Shown: one piece after another, positions 29,832-39,961 of the stretch
Position numbering within the stretch: the stretch's first letter is position 1
Layout: each line of letters begins with the position of its first letter
NCBI GenBank assembly: GCA_002684895.1
Contig: NYVZ01000004.1
Location: 20,164 to 71,483, forward strand
Direction of reading: 5' to 3'
Origin: Pelagibacteraceae bacterium
GTDB taxonomy: Bacteria > Pseudomonadota > Alphaproteobacteria > Pelagibacterales > Pelagibacteraceae
Length of the DNA stretch: 51,320 nucleotides
Program-made: the position numbers and the translations under genes
Notes under the pieces: generated by a model
The model's database searches: none
The model's input: the letters and a program-made list of their open reading frames with translations, nothing else
Told to the model about the DNA's origin: nothing

Positions 29832-30761
29832 TTAGTCTAAGCGAGCTCCAATTTTTTGTATAATTTTAGATGCCATTGCTGTTCCGAGATCTAAACTTTC
29901 ATTATAATTTTTTTTATTTACTAGTCCATGTAAAAAGCCTGCAGCAAATAAATCACCAGCGCCTGTTAAATCAATAATTTTGAGATTTGATTTTGCTTGA
30001 GATTCTACGACTTCAGGTCCATAAATCGCAATACTTCCCTTGTCTGATCTCGTAACAACAATTAACTTGTTTAAATTTTTGGCAAAAGTGATCACTTCAT
30101 TAAAATCATTTGCATCAATTAAAGACATAGCTTCCTTTTCATTAGCAAAAACAATATCAAGTTTGTTTTTTACTAAATCTAAAAAACTTTTTTTATGTCG
30201 GTCAACACAAAATGGATCAGACAGAGACATAGCAGACATGCTTGCTAAAGACATAGCCTTCTCAAAAGCCTTTTTAGGGTTACCTTCATCCCATAAATAA
30301 CCTTCTAAAAAAGTAATCTCAGCACTTTTAATCGCCTCGTCATCAATATCTTCTTCACCAATCTTTCCCGCAATACCCAAAAAGGTACACATTGTTCTCT
30401 CAGAATCTGGGGTGATTAAAATCAAACAAGTTCCAGTTGGGATTGCTTCCTTTTTTATTTTGTAGAAATACTTTACATTTTCTTTTTTTAAACCTTCAAT
30501 ATATTTTTGCCCAAGTTCATCGTTATTTACTTTTCCAATGAATGATACATCATCACCTAATTGCGACATTCCAACAATTGAATTTGCAACAGAACCGCCA
30601 GATACCGTATCTTCAATTTTAAGGTTAGATAAAAGATTTTTAAATTCACTTTCATCAACCAGCTTCATAGTACCTTTAGTAAGCTTGTGATCTTCAATAA
30701 ATTTATCATCTACTTTGCATAGTACGTCTACAATCGCGTTACCTATTCCTATTACTTTCAT
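29832..30761 (-). CDS. PfkB family kinase, adenosine-kinase-like
   Basis: GIGNAIVD, GGSVANS, ERTMCTFLG, EGYLWD, DLTGAGDLFAAG. Confidence 0.95.
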   Translation of the reverse strand: MKVIGIGNAIVDVLCKVDDKFIEDHKLTKGTMKLVDESEFKNLLSNLKIEDTVSGGSVANSIVGMSQLGDDVSFIGKVNNDELGQKYIEGLKKENVKYFYKIKKEAIPTGTCLILITPDSERTMCTFLGIAGKIGEEDIDDEAIKSAEITFLEGYLWDEGNPKKAFEKAMSLASMSAMSLSDPFCVDRHKKSFLDLVKNKLDIVFANEKEAMSLIDANDFNEVITFAKNLNKLIVVTRSDKGSIAIYGPEVVESQAKSNLKIIDLTGAGDLFAAGFLHGLVNKKNYNESLDLGTAMASKIIQKIGARLD

Positions 30762-30764
30762 CGT

Positions 30765-31427
30765 CTAAGCTTTCTTTGTTACAATTGCCCTTTTTCTATT
30801 TGGATTACAGATCCTACATATTTTACATTTTAGTCCAAAGCAATCCCTTGCTTTACAATATTCACGTCCATAAAATATAATTTGTAAATGCAGTTTATTC
30901 CAATGTTTCTTTGGAAAAATCTTTTTTAAATCTTTTTCTGTTTGAACAACATTTTTACCATTTGTTAGACCCCACCTTTGCGCCAATCTATGAATATGTG
31001 TATCAACTGGGAAAGCTGGAAAACCAAAACCTTGCGACATGACTACACTAGCAGTTTTGTGCCCAACACCTGGTAACGCTTCAAGTTCTTCAAAAGTTCT
31101 AGGAACTTTACCTTCATATTTTTCAACTAGAATTTTTGATAATTTATAGACACTTTTTGATTTCATCCTAAATAAACCAATACGTTTGATTAGTTTTTCA
31201 ATTTTCTTCTGACCTAACTTTATAAAATGTTCAGGCTTATTATATTTCGGGTAAATATCATCTGTAACATTATTTACATTCAAATCTGTGCATTGAGCCG
31301 AAAGTAACACTGAGATTAAAAGTGTAAAATTATTCGTATGAGTTAGTGGCGATGGGGTTTTAGGATAAAGTTTATTTAGTTCTTTTAGAATTATTTTTGC
31401 TTTTTTATTCTTTTCCTCAACTTTCAC
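30765..31427 (-). CDS. nth: Endonuclease III
   Basis: LLSAQCTD, HhH LPGVGHKTA, PVDTH; GTG start. Confidence 0.97.
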   Translation of the reverse strand: MKVEEKNKKAKIILKELNKLYPKTPSPLTHTNNFTLLISVLLSAQCTDLNVNNVTDDIYPKYNKPEHFIKLGQKKIEKLIKRIGLFRMKSKSVYKLSKILVEKYEGKVPRTFEELEALPGVGHKTASVVMSQGFGFPAFPVDTHIHRLAQRWGLTNGKNVVQTEKDLKKIFPKKHWNKLHLQIIFYGREYCKARDCFGLKCKICRICNPNRKRAIVTKKA

Positions 31428-31432
31428 AGATA

Positions 31433-32206
31433 TTATTTAATACCTAAAACATGGTGCATATTATAAAGACCGGGCCTTTTTTTTGCTAGCCACTTTGCAG
31501 CACCGATAGCACCTTCAGCAAATAAATCTCTAGAGTGTGCAGTATGTTCAATTTTTAATTTTTCTTGCTTGTTTTCAAAGGTTACTGAATGTGTTCCAGG
31601 TATTTTTCCTTTCCTTACAATATAAAAGTTTAATTTGTTCTGACTACCTTTGCCTTTTTTATTAAGATAAATTTTTCCTTGAATTTTTTTTAATGTTTTA
31701 GATTTTCCATCAGCAATAGCGTGACCAAGCATAAGAGCAGTGCCAGAGGGGTAATCTATTTTTTTGATGTGGTGTGCATCACATATTTCCATTTGATAAT
31801 CATTCATAAATCCTCGAGATAATATCCTAGATACAAATTGCATTAAATTAATACCAAGACTCATATTACCTGATTGAAGTATAGATATTTTTTTTGAAGC
31901 TTTTTTTATAGCGTCCCAATGTTTTTTTCTAAAACCTGTTGTTCCAATAATAACTTTTTTTTTATATTTCACTGCAAATTTCAAAATTTCAAGCGTACAA
32001 TGAGGTCTAGTAAAATCAATTATAATATTTGTGTTTTTAAAGGCTTTGTCATTATTTACCTGGTACTTGATTTTACCTTTTTGAAATTCTTTATATTCGG
32101 TTACTGAATGTAGTTTGAAATTTTTATCTTTATTTGTATGCTTTATAAGTAACTGTCCCATGCGACCAAGACCGCCAGCAACTGTTATATTTATTTTTTT
32201 TTTCAT
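31433..32206 (-). CDS. dapB: 4-hydroxy-tetrahydrodipicolinate reductase
   Basis: GxxGRMG, IDFT, GTTG, NMSLG, HH..KID.PSGTA. Confidence 0.97.
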   Translation of the reverse strand: MKKKINITVAGGLGRMGQLLIKHTNKDKNFKLHSVTEYKEFQKGKIKYQVNNDKAFKNTNIIIDFTRPHCTLEILKFAVKYKKKVIIGTTGFRKKHWDAIKKASKKISILQSGNMSLGINLMQFVSRILSRGFMNDYQMEICDAHHIKKIDYPSGTALMLGHAIADGKSKTLKKIQGKIYLNKKGKGSQNKLNFYIVRKGKIPGTHSVTFENKQEKLKIEHTAHSRDLFAEGAIGAAKWLAKKRPGLYNMHHVLGIK

Positions 32207-33357
32207 TAATTAATATTTTCCCAAAATTTTTTAGCTTTTTTAATAAAACTTTGATTTTCAGGATTATTTTTAGAATCTTCTAAATCTTTAAATTTTTCAA
32301 GCAATTCTTTTTGTTCTTTATTTAATGAAACAGGTGTTTCGACTTTAACTTGCAGATATAAGTCTCCATATCCTCCTCCCCTCAACATTGGCATACCCTT
32401 ATCTCTTAATCTAAGTTGTTTGCCGGATTGAGTACCAGTGGGAATTTTTACCTTCGATTTTGATCCATCAATATTTGGTACCTCTATTGACGTACCAAGC
32501 GATGCGTCCGCTAATGAAATTGGAAGTTCGTAATACAAGTTTTCCTCTTCTCTTTGAAAAAGTTCATGCTTTTTGACTTGAATATAAACGTACAAATCAC
32601 CGTCAGCACCTCCCTTCGATCCTGCTTCACCCTTGCCAGCTAATCTAATTCTTGTTCCATCATCGACACCTTTAGGTATTTGAATGGATAAAGTTTTCTT
32701 TTTTTTTCTAGTTCCAAATCCACTACATTCTTTGCAGGGATTACCAATGACCTGACCTTCTCCTCTACAATCAGGACATGTCTGTTGTACTGTAAAAAAT
32801 CCCTGTTGAGACCTAACTCTACCATCACCTCCACATGTTTCGCATGTTTTAGGATTTGAACCTGGCTTAGCACCGCTACCTGAACAGGTGTCACATTTTT
32901 CTGAAGAGTTAATATTAAAAGCTGTTTTCTTACCATTGTAAGATTCTTCTAAAGAAATTTCTAAATTAATTTTTAAATCTGAACCTCTCTGACCTTTTGA
33001 ACGCCTTCTACCTCCTGTGCGACCTCTACCTGATCCCATGAAGTCACCAAAAAAATCATCAAAAATGTCTGAAAAGGATCCAGAGTCAAAACCTCCAAAA
33101 TCGTTGAAACCACCTTGACCGCCACCCATATTTTCAAAAGCTGAGTGACCAAATTGATCGTAACTATTTTTTTTATTTGGATCAGATAATATTTGGTAAG
33201 CTTCAGTAGCGTCTTTAAATTTGGTCTCTGCAGACTTATCACCTGGATTACGATCCGGGTGATATTTCATGGCTAATTTTCTATAGGCACCTTTAATCTC
33301 ATCTTTTGAAGCATTACGGTTTACGCCTAACGTTTCATAATAATCGGCTTTAGACAT
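32206..33357 (-). CDS. dnaJ: Chaperone DnaJ
   Basis: J domain with HPD, G/F-rich region, four CxxCxGxG repeats. Confidence 0.99.
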   Translation of the reverse strand: MSKADYYETLGVNRNASKDEIKGAYRKLAMKYHPDRNPGDKSAETKFKDATEAYQILSDPNKKNSYDQFGHSAFENMGGGQGGFNDFGGFDSGSFSDIFDDFFGDFMGSGRGRTGGRRRSKGQRGSDLKINLEISLEESYNGKKTAFNINSSEKCDTCSGSGAKPGSNPKTCETCGGDGRVRSQQGFFTVQQTCPDCRGEGQVIGNPCKECSGFGTRKKKKTLSIQIPKGVDDGTRIRLAGKGEAGSKGGADGDLYVYIQVKKHELFQREEENLYYELPISLADASLGTSIEVPNIDGSKSKVKIPTGTQSGKQLRLRDKGMPMLRGGGYGDLYLQVKVETPVSLNKEQKELLEKFKDLEDSKNNPENQSFIKKAKKFWENIN

Positions 33358-33372
33358 GACTTATATCCTATC

Positions 33373-33389
33373 CGCTTAGAGTTTAAGCG
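33373..33389 (-). other. Short stem-loop between dnaK and dnaJ
   Basis: CGCTTA-5 nt-TAAGCG inverted repeat immediately after the dnaK stop; no U-tract. Confidence 0.45.
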
Positions 33390-35315
33390 TTACTTTTTAT
33401 CTTTGTCGTCTTTTACTTCTTCGTACTCAGCATCTACAACATCGTCTTTTTTTTCACTTCCTGTTTCTGCTTTTCCCTCATCACCTTGAGCTTTGGCGCT
33501 ACCAGCTTTTGCTTGTTGTTCTTTATATATTGCTTCACCAAGTTTCATTGATGATTGAACAAGAGTTTGAGTTTTTGCTTTAATGTCCTCAATTTTATCA
33601 GCTTTGATAGCATCTTTTAAATTCTGAAGATCTGTTTCGATGGTTTTTTTATCAGCATCACTTATTTTACTACCATGTTCTTTTAAACTTTTTTCTGTAG
33701 ATGCTACTAATGCATCGGCTGAGTTCTTAGTGTCAACTTCTTCTCTTTTCTTTTTATCAGCCTCTTTATTCGCTTCGGCATCCTTAACCATTTTTTCAAT
33801 TTCATCATCTGATAATCCACCGGATGCTTGAATTTGTATTTTCTGCTCTTTTCCTGTTCCTTTATCTTTAGCAGAAACACTAACTATTCCATTTGCATCT
33901 ATATCAAACGTTACTTCAATTTGAGGGACACCTCTAGGAGCTGGTGGAATACCTGTTAAATCAAACGTTCCAAGTAATTTGTTGTCACTTGCCATTTCTC
34001 TTTCTCCCTGGAATACTCTTATTGATACGGCAGGGTGATTATCTTCTGCGGTTGAAAACACTTGGCTTTTTTTTGTTGGAATAGTTGTATTTTTTGTAAT
34101 TAATTTAGTTACAACGCCTCCTAACGTTTCAATACCTAATGATAAAGGTGTTACATCTAATAGTAAAACATCTTTAACATCACCTTGTAATACACCGCCT
34201 TGAATTGCTGCACCCATTGCAACTACCTCATCTGGATTAACACTTTTACTAGGATCTTTTCCAAAAAAGTTTTTTACAGTTTCAATAACTTTGGGCATTC
34301 TCGTCATACCGCCAACAAGAATAACTTCTCCAATTTCACCAGCTGATAAACCAGCATCTTTTAAGGCTGTTTTGCAAGGTTCTACAGTTTTTTCAATTAA
34401 ATCGGCACAAAGAGATTCAAGTTTTGCTCTTGTCAATTTAATGTTTAAATGTTTTGGCCCAGTTTTGTCTGCGGTTATAAATGGTAAATTGATTTCAGTT
34501 TGTGTTGAAGATGATAATTCAATTTTTGCTTTCTCAGCAGCTTCTCTTAGCCTTTGTAAAGCAAGTTTGTCTTGTTTAAGATCGATTGCATTATCTTTTT
34601 TAAATTCACTAGCAAGGTAGTCTACAATAGTAGCATCAAAATCTTCACCACCCAAAGTCGTATCACCGTTAGTTGATTTAACCTCAAATACACCATCTCC
34701 CAGTTCAAGAATAGATACATCGAATGTACCTCCACCTAAGTCATATACAGCAACTGTCTTTGCATTTTTTTTATCCAAGCCATATGCTAATGCAGCAGCA
34801 GTTGGTTCATTGATAATTCTTTCCACTTCTAGTCCTGCAATTTTTCCTGCATCTCTCGTAGCTTGTCTTTGTGAATCATTAAAATACGCAGGAACTGTAA
34901 TTACTGCTTTCTTTACTTCACTGCCTAAATATTTTTCAGCAGTCTCTTTCATTTTTTGCAAAACAAAAGCAGAAATTTGGCTTGGCGAATACTTCTCGCT
35001 CTTAGCTTCAACCCAGGCATCACCATTTTCAGCTGCAATAACTTTATATGGTAATCCATCTACATCTTTTTTAACAGCTGCGCCGTCAAATTTTCTACCA
35101 ATTAATCTTTTTACAGCATAAAAAGTATTTTCAGGATTTGTAACTGCCTGTCTTTTTGCTGACGCACCAACTAGTTTTTCTGTTTCCGTAAAGGCTACAA
35201 CGGAAGGAGTAGTTCTTGCTCCTTCTGTATTTTCAATAACTTTTGACTCTTTGCCATCCATAATGGCTACACACGAATTTGTCGTTCCTAAATCAATACC
35301 TATAATTTTTGACAT
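33390..35315 (-). CDS. dnaK: Chaperone DnaK (Hsp70)
   Basis: [32 protein letters not shown]; SD AAGGAG upstream. Confidence 0.99.
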   Translation of the reverse strand: MSKIIGIDLGTTNSCVAIMDGKESKVIENTEGARTTPSVVAFTETEKLVGASAKRQAVTNPENTFYAVKRLIGRKFDGAAVKKDVDGLPYKVIAAENGDAWVEAKSEKYSPSQISAFVLQKMKETAEKYLGSEVKKAVITVPAYFNDSQRQATRDAGKIAGLEVERIINEPTAAALAYGLDKKNAKTVAVYDLGGGTFDVSILELGDGVFEVKSTNGDTTLGGEDFDATIVDYLASEFKKDNAIDLKQDKLALQRLREAAEKAKIELSSSTQTEINLPFITADKTGPKHLNIKLTRAKLESLCADLIEKTVEPCKTALKDAGLSAGEIGEVILVGGMTRMPKVIETVKNFFGKDPSKSVNPDEVVAMGAAIQGGVLQGDVKDVLLLDVTPLSLGIETLGGVVTKLITKNTTIPTKKSQVFSTAEDNHPAVSIRVFQGEREMASDNKLLGTFDLTGIPPAPRGVPQIEVTFDIDANGIVSVSAKDKGTGKEQKIQIQASGGLSDDEIEKMVKDAEANKEADKKKREEVDTKNSADALVASTEKSLKEHGSKISDADKKTIETDLQNLKDAIKADKIEDIKAKTQTLVQSSMKLGEAIYKEQQAKAGSAKAQGDEGKAETGSEKKDDVVDAEYEEVKDDKDKK

Positions 35316-35349
35316 AATTTTTATTAGTCTCCTTTTCTCAATAAAAATT

Positions 35350-35377
35350 ATATGGGTATATTTTTTTTAATTGCAAG
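35350..35377 (-). promoter_or_regulatory. RpoH (sigma32) promoter of dnaK
   Basis: Minus strand CTTG(CAA) starting at 35377, 17 nt from CTTG to CCCATAT (35356-35350). Confidence 0.8.
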
Positions 35378-35411
35378 ACAGACGTTTCAATTAATTTTAG
35401 AGTAAAAATGT

Positions 35412-35960
35412 CTATTTCTGAAGCTTTTTTGATACATAAACCATCGAAGGCCTTAAAAGTCTATCGTGCATCAAGTAGCCCTTTTGCATCTCTTCCAAAA
35501 TGATACCTGGTTCTTTTTTACTTTCTTTTTCGCCGATAGCTTGGTGCAGATTTGGATCGAAAGGCTTGCCCAAACAGTCTATGTATTTGATTGCATTTTT
35601 ACCAAGCGTTTCTGTAAGTTCTTTTTCGATCATTTCAATACCATTTAAAATGTTTTTAAATTCATCATTTTTAAATTTCTCGTCATTTTTAAATATTTGA
35701 AATGCACGATCTAAATTATCAGTAAGACCAAGAATCTGTTGAGCAAAAGAGAATGATCCATATTTTAAAATATCTTCTTTTTCTTGTTCATGATTTTTTC
35801 TAAGGTTTTGGTTTTCAGCCAATAATCTTAAATATTTATCATTTAGCTCTTTAAATTGATTTTCTAAACTTTTTTCAGCTATATTTTGCTCAGTATTTTC
35901 TTTTAAATCTTCAGACTTTTCAATATCAGTGTCTTTGGATTCTTCTTTTTTTTCGCTCAT
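35412..35960 (-). CDS. grpE: Nucleotide exchange factor GrpE
   Basis: LRLLAENQN, DNLDRA, FDPNLHQA, GY.MHDRLLRPSMV; probable start MSEKKEE at 35960. Confidence 0.97.
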   Translation of the reverse strand: MSEKKEESKDTDIEKSEDLKENTEQNIAEKSLENQFKELNDKYLRLLAENQNLRKNHEQEKEDILKYGSFSFAQQILGLTDNLDRAFQIFKNDEKFKNDEFKNILNGIEMIEKELTETLGKNAIKYIDCLGKPFDPNLHQAIGEKESKKEPGIILEEMQKGYLMHDRLLRPSMVYVSKKLQK

Positions 35961-35981
35961 AAAATAATATGTTTGCAAGCT

Positions 35982-36009
35982 ATATAGTGATAGATTAATA
36001 AATTCCAAG
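35982..36009 (-). promoter_or_regulatory. Putative RpoH promoter of grpE
   Basis: Minus strand CTTG (36009-36006)-N17-ACTATAT (35988-35982). Confidence 0.65.
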
Positions 36010-36014
36010 ACTTT

Positions 36015-36728
36015 ATGAGAAATAATCGAAAAAATTCAGAATTAAGACCAATTGAGATAATTCCTAATTATCTAAAAAATGCTGATGGATCGTGTTTAAT
36101 AAAATTTGGGAATACACAAGTTATTTGTACTGCCTCTTTTGACACAAAGGTACCAAGGTGGCTGAAGGGAAGCGGTAGTGGTTGGGTTACAGCAGAATAT
36201 GGTATGTTGCCTAGATCTACGAATGAAAGAATGAGAAGAGAGGCTTCGTCTGGTAAAATTGGTGGACGAACATCAGAAATACAAAGATTGATTGGCAGGT
36301 CATTAAGAGCAGGCGTAAACCTAAATCTTCTTGGTGAAAATTTAATAACAATAGATTGTGATGTAATCGAAGCAGACGGGGGAACTAGAACCGCTTCTAT
36401 AACAGGCGGATTTGTTGCTCTCAAACAATGTATTAATATTTTAAAAGATAAAAAAATAATTCAAACAAATCCAATTAAAAATCATGTAGCAGCTATCAGC
36501 TGCGGTGTTGTAAGTGGAGACGTTTTGGTTGATCTTGATTATCAAGAAGATAGTAATGCTGATGTAGATGCAAATTTTGTGATGAACGAAAAAGGTGAAA
36601 TTATAGAATTACAAATGACCGGTGAGAAAACGACTTGCTCTGAAAAACAATTAGCACACATGTTGGAATTTTCAAAAGAATCAATTCAATTATTAGTTAA
36701 TAAACAAAAAGAAATATTAGGTGCATAA
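36015..36728 (+). CDS. rph: Ribonuclease PH
   Basis: GWVTAEYGMLP, RTSEIQRLIGRSLR, ADGGTRTASITG. Confidence 0.99.
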   Translation: MRNNRKNSELRPIEIIPNYLKNADGSCLIKFGNTQVICTASFDTKVPRWLKGSGSGWVTAEYGMLPRSTNERMRREASSGKIGGRTSEIQRLIGRSLRAGVNLNLLGENLITIDCDVIEADGGTRTASITGGFVALKQCINILKDKKIIQTNPIKNHVAAISCGVVSGDVLVDLDYQEDSNADVDANFVMNEKGEIIELQMTGEKTTCSEKQLAHMLEFSKESIQLLVNKQKEILGA

Positions 36729-37332
36729 ACTTTACTCTCTCAAAAAAGCGAAAAAAATATTAATTGCAACAAACAATCTAGGGAAATTTAAAGAACTCAA
36801 GGAAATTTTACCAAAAAAGATAAAATATTTTAAACCTAGGGATTTCAACCTTAAAGAACCTATTGAAAACGGTAAGACTTTTAAAGCTAACGCTAAAATT
36901 AAATCATTATTTGCTGCTAAAAAAACTGGGATTATATGTATATCTGATGACTCAGGTTTAGAAGTTGATTCCTTGAATAAAAGGCCTGGAATTTTTTCTG
37001 CAAGATGGGCAGGGCCTTCAAAAGATTTTAATATTGCAATAAAAAAAATTTATAATTTATTAAAAAAAAAAAATAAGCTAAATTCAAAAGCAAGATTTGT
37101 ATGCGCAATATCTATTGCCTTTCCTGATGGAAAATCATTTGAGTATCAGGGTAAAGTTGAAGGTAATATATCTTTTCCCGCTAAAGGCAAAAAAGGTTTT
37201 GGATATGACCCTATATTTGTTGCAAATGGAGACTCCAAAACATTTGCTGAGATTTCCAAAAAAAAGAAAAATAAAACATCTCATCGATTTAAGGCATTTT
37301 CAAAGGTTAAAAAATTTTTTAAATTTTCTTAA
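36721..37332 (+). CDS. rdgB: dITP/XTP pyrophosphatase (RdgB/HAM1)
   Basis: ATNNLGK..E, DDSGL, PGIFSARW, GFGYDPIF, SHR. Confidence 0.97.
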   Translation: MHKLYSLKKAKKILIATNNLGKFKELKEILPKKIKYFKPRDFNLKEPIENGKTFKANAKIKSLFAAKKTGIICISDDSGLEVDSLNKRPGIFSARWAGPSKDFNIAIKKIYNLLKKKNKLNSKARFVCAISIAFPDGKSFEYQGKVEGNISFPAKGKKGFGYDPIFVANGDSKTFAEISKKKKNKTSHRFKAFSKVKKFFKFS

Positions 37333-38482
37333 ATTGTTTATTATTAATTTTATACAATAATAAATTTCTATTAGTTTTATTTTCTTTAATTGAAAAATTA
37401 CCTGCCTTACCTTTGTATGAACCATTAAACATTGATGTCTTCAATTTTTGTTCTTTTGTTCCAAACCAGGTCGCTGCAATAAGAGGGATCATATCAAATG
37501 TTAATACTTCTAAATGATAAATATCCCTATTAAAACTTTTTTGATACTTTCGGTTTAATTCTTGGTATGCCTGGTAATTAATTGAAGGAAATATTATATT
37601 TTCTAATGAAGGCTCGTTAAGATATTTTTTTTCAAACCATAAATTTAACGTTATAAATTGTACATCTTTATAATTTGCATCATAAAAATCCAAATATGAT
37701 AAGGAAGCTATTAACTCTTCGTTGAAAGAAGATAAAAAAACTTTTTTAAACCTAACTTTTTGAAGTGTATCGTGTTTTTTTAAATTTTCGATATATTTAG
37801 CGTGAAGAGCAGCATCCTCAGTTTTTTCAGCATCTTTTTCTTTTTGTATTTTTTCAAGTCTTTTTATTTCCCTCAGGTGTTTTTGTTTTCTAAAAGTAAA
37901 ATTTGTAACTTTTTTTGTTTTTGCATCAATGTCTTGATAATTTTTATATATTATAGTTTGTATTCTTTTTGATTTTAACTTTTTAATTTTATCAGAAACC
38001 TTTTTTGTGAAATTACTACTATCGCCAAAAAATATATATTTTTCATTTTGATTAAAAACTCTCTCTAGAGCATTAACTTGTGAACTTAGATTAATTCCAA
38101 AACTTATAACATTTGGCAAATTATCATTTTCATTATTACTATATGAAAAGAAAATTTTATCTTTAAACCCTTCCAAATTTTTTATTTCAGATAACGTGCT
38201 GTAGAAAATTGGGCCCACGAATACATCGACTTTCTCATCTAAACCTTTCTGGAAAGCTAACTTCGCACCTGGGTTTGTACTCATAGTATCTAAAGGAATG
38301 ATTTTTATTTTAAGATTTTCAAGTTCAAAAATAGTAATTAAGATGCTCTGATAAATATTGTTTCCTAGAAGAGCATTCTTGCCACTCAATGGTAACAATG
38401 CACCAATTTTTAATTCTGTTTTGGCATAAACATTGCTATTTAGAGAAAAAATTAGCGCTATTAAAATTAAAATTTTTTTCAT
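37319..38482 (-). CDS. Periplasmic binding-fold protein (LpoA/YraM-like PBP activator)
   Basis: Signal peptide MKKIL..VYA, IGALLPLSG, DT, VGPIF; divergent from rsmI. Confidence 0.75.
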   Translation of the reverse strand: MKKILILIALIFSLNSNVYAKTELKIGALLPLSGKNALLGNNIYQSILITIFELENLKIKIIPLDTMSTNPGAKLAFQKGLDEKVDVFVGPIFYSTLSEIKNLEGFKDKIFFSYSNNENDNLPNVISFGINLSSQVNALERVFNQNEKYIFFGDSSNFTKKVSDKIKKLKSKRIQTIIYKNYQDIDAKTKKVTNFTFRKQKHLREIKRLEKIQKEKDAEKTEDAALHAKYIENLKKHDTLQKVRFKKVFLSSFNEELIASLSYLDFYDANYKDVQFITLNLWFEKKYLNEPSLENIIFPSINYQAYQELNRKYQKSFNRDIYHLEVLTFDMIPLIAATWFGTKEQKLKTSMFNGSYKGKAGNFSIKENKTNRNLLLYKINNKQFKKI

Positions 38483-38526
38483 TTTTTTACGAACAGTTAT
38501 ACATAAATACAACATTTGTTTAAATT

Positions 38527-39360
38527 ATGAATAATCATTACTCAAAAATAGAGCCAGCATTATATGTTATTTCAACACCAATAGGTAATATGCAAGATAT
38601 ATCAAACAGATCACTAAAAATGTTATCACTTTCAGATTATATTTTATGTGAGGATACAAGAATAACATCTAAATTACTTAATTTTTATAATATAAAAAAA
38701 AAATTAATTTCTTTCAATGTGGTAAATGAAAAACAAAAAATACATAAAATTTTAGAGGATCTGAAAAATCAAAAAGTCATATCGTTAGTTTCAGATGCTG
38801 GCACGCCAGCAATAAGTGATCCTGGATCAAATTTAATATCAAGATGTTATGAGATTGGAGTTCAAGTAAGACCAATACCTGGAGCTTCTGCTATCTTATC
38901 AGCAGTATCCGTTTCAGGATTCTCAGATAATTTTTATTTTTGTGGTTTTTTACCAAAAAAACAAACTGAATTGGAAAAGTTTTTAGCTAAAACAAAGTTA
39001 GTTAAAGCAAGTTTAGTATTCTTTATGCCAGCAAGGGATCTTGGTAAAAATTCTAAATTTCTTACAAAATATTTTCCTAAATCTAATTTTTTGATTGCTC
39101 GTGAGATGACAAAGGTTCATGAAACTTACATTAAAGATACTATTGTTAATATAAAAAAATATGTTCAAGATAACGATAAAGGTGAAATGACCTTGGTTAT
39201 TGATAATTCTGTAGAAGAAAAGACTGATATTAATATTGATAAAGAAATTAAATTGCTTATTGGCAAGATGACGTCTAAAAATATTGCTCAATATCTTTCG
39301 AAAAAGCTGGAAATAAGCAAAAAGATAATTTATCAAAAAGTTATTGATTTGAATGAGTAG
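38527..39360 (+). CDS. rsmI: 16S rRNA C1402 2'-O-methyltransferase RsmI
   Basis: TPIGN..DI, CEDTR, SDAGTPAISDPG, REMTKVHE. Confidence 0.98.
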   Translation: MNNHYSKIEPALYVISTPIGNMQDISNRSLKMLSLSDYILCEDTRITSKLLNFYNIKKKLISFNVVNEKQKIHKILEDLKNQKVISLVSDAGTPAISDPGSNLISRCYEIGVQVRPIPGASAILSAVSVSGFSDNFYFCGFLPKKQTELEKFLAKTKLVKASLVFFMPARDLGKNSKFLTKYFPKSNFLIAREMTKVHETYIKDTIVNIKKYVQDNDKGEMTLVIDNSVEEKTDINIDKEIKLLIGKMTSKNIAQYLSKKLEISKKIIYQKVIDLNE

Positions 39361-39961
39361 ATTTTTACTAATTTTTTTATTTGCACTATCACTTTACTCT
39401 TGTGTACCCTTAGTGGGAGTCTCTACAGTTGGTATCGTAAAAACAAGTGTTGAAATAGCAGATGATCCAAGAACTTTAGGGAGAATAGTTGATGACAGTG
39501 TTATTGAAAAAAAGTTTTTATTTAAAATTTCCCAAATTGACGAAAAATATTTGTTAAAGATAAATTCTAAATCAATTGATGGACGTTTCGTATTAAAGGG
39601 TAACGTTGATACAATTGAAGAAAAAATTCAGATGACAAAAATTGCTTGGGAAACGAGTGGAGTGAGATCTGTTGAGAATATTATTAAAGTTGATGACCAA
39701 TCTTCTTGGAAAGATAAAGCTAAAGATTTGATAATTACCTCTCAATTTAAAGTAGCTATTTTTGCAAATAGCAACATTAAATCAAACAATTTTAACTTTA
39801 CGACTATTAATAAAAATTTATATATTTTTGGTATTGCAAGAGATGAGCAAGAAAGAAAAATAGTAATTAATGAAGCAAAATCAGTTCAGGGTGTTTCAGA
39901 AGTTATATCAAGTATTTTTTTAAAAGAAGATCTTTCAAATAATCAAAGAATTGCAAATTAA
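39353..39961 (+). CDS. Dual-BON domain lipoprotein (DolP/YraP-like)
   Basis: Lipobox LYSC, DPRTLGRIVDD, two BON repeats (GVRSVEN, GVSEV). Confidence 0.9.
   Translation: MSRFLLIFLFALSLYSCVPLVGVSTVGIVKTSVEIADDPRTLGRIVDDSVIEKKFLFKISQIDEKYLLKINSKSIDGRFVLKGNVDTIEEKIQMTKIAWETSGVRSVENIIKVDDQSSWKDKAKDLIITSQFKVAIFANSNIKSNNFNFTTINKNLYIFGIARDEQERKIVINEAKSVQGVSEVISSIFLKEDLSNNQRIAN

Noticed and set aside
35961-36008. N-terminal extension of grpE
   Set aside because: It covers the promoter-like region; MSEKKEE at 35960 is the more plausible start
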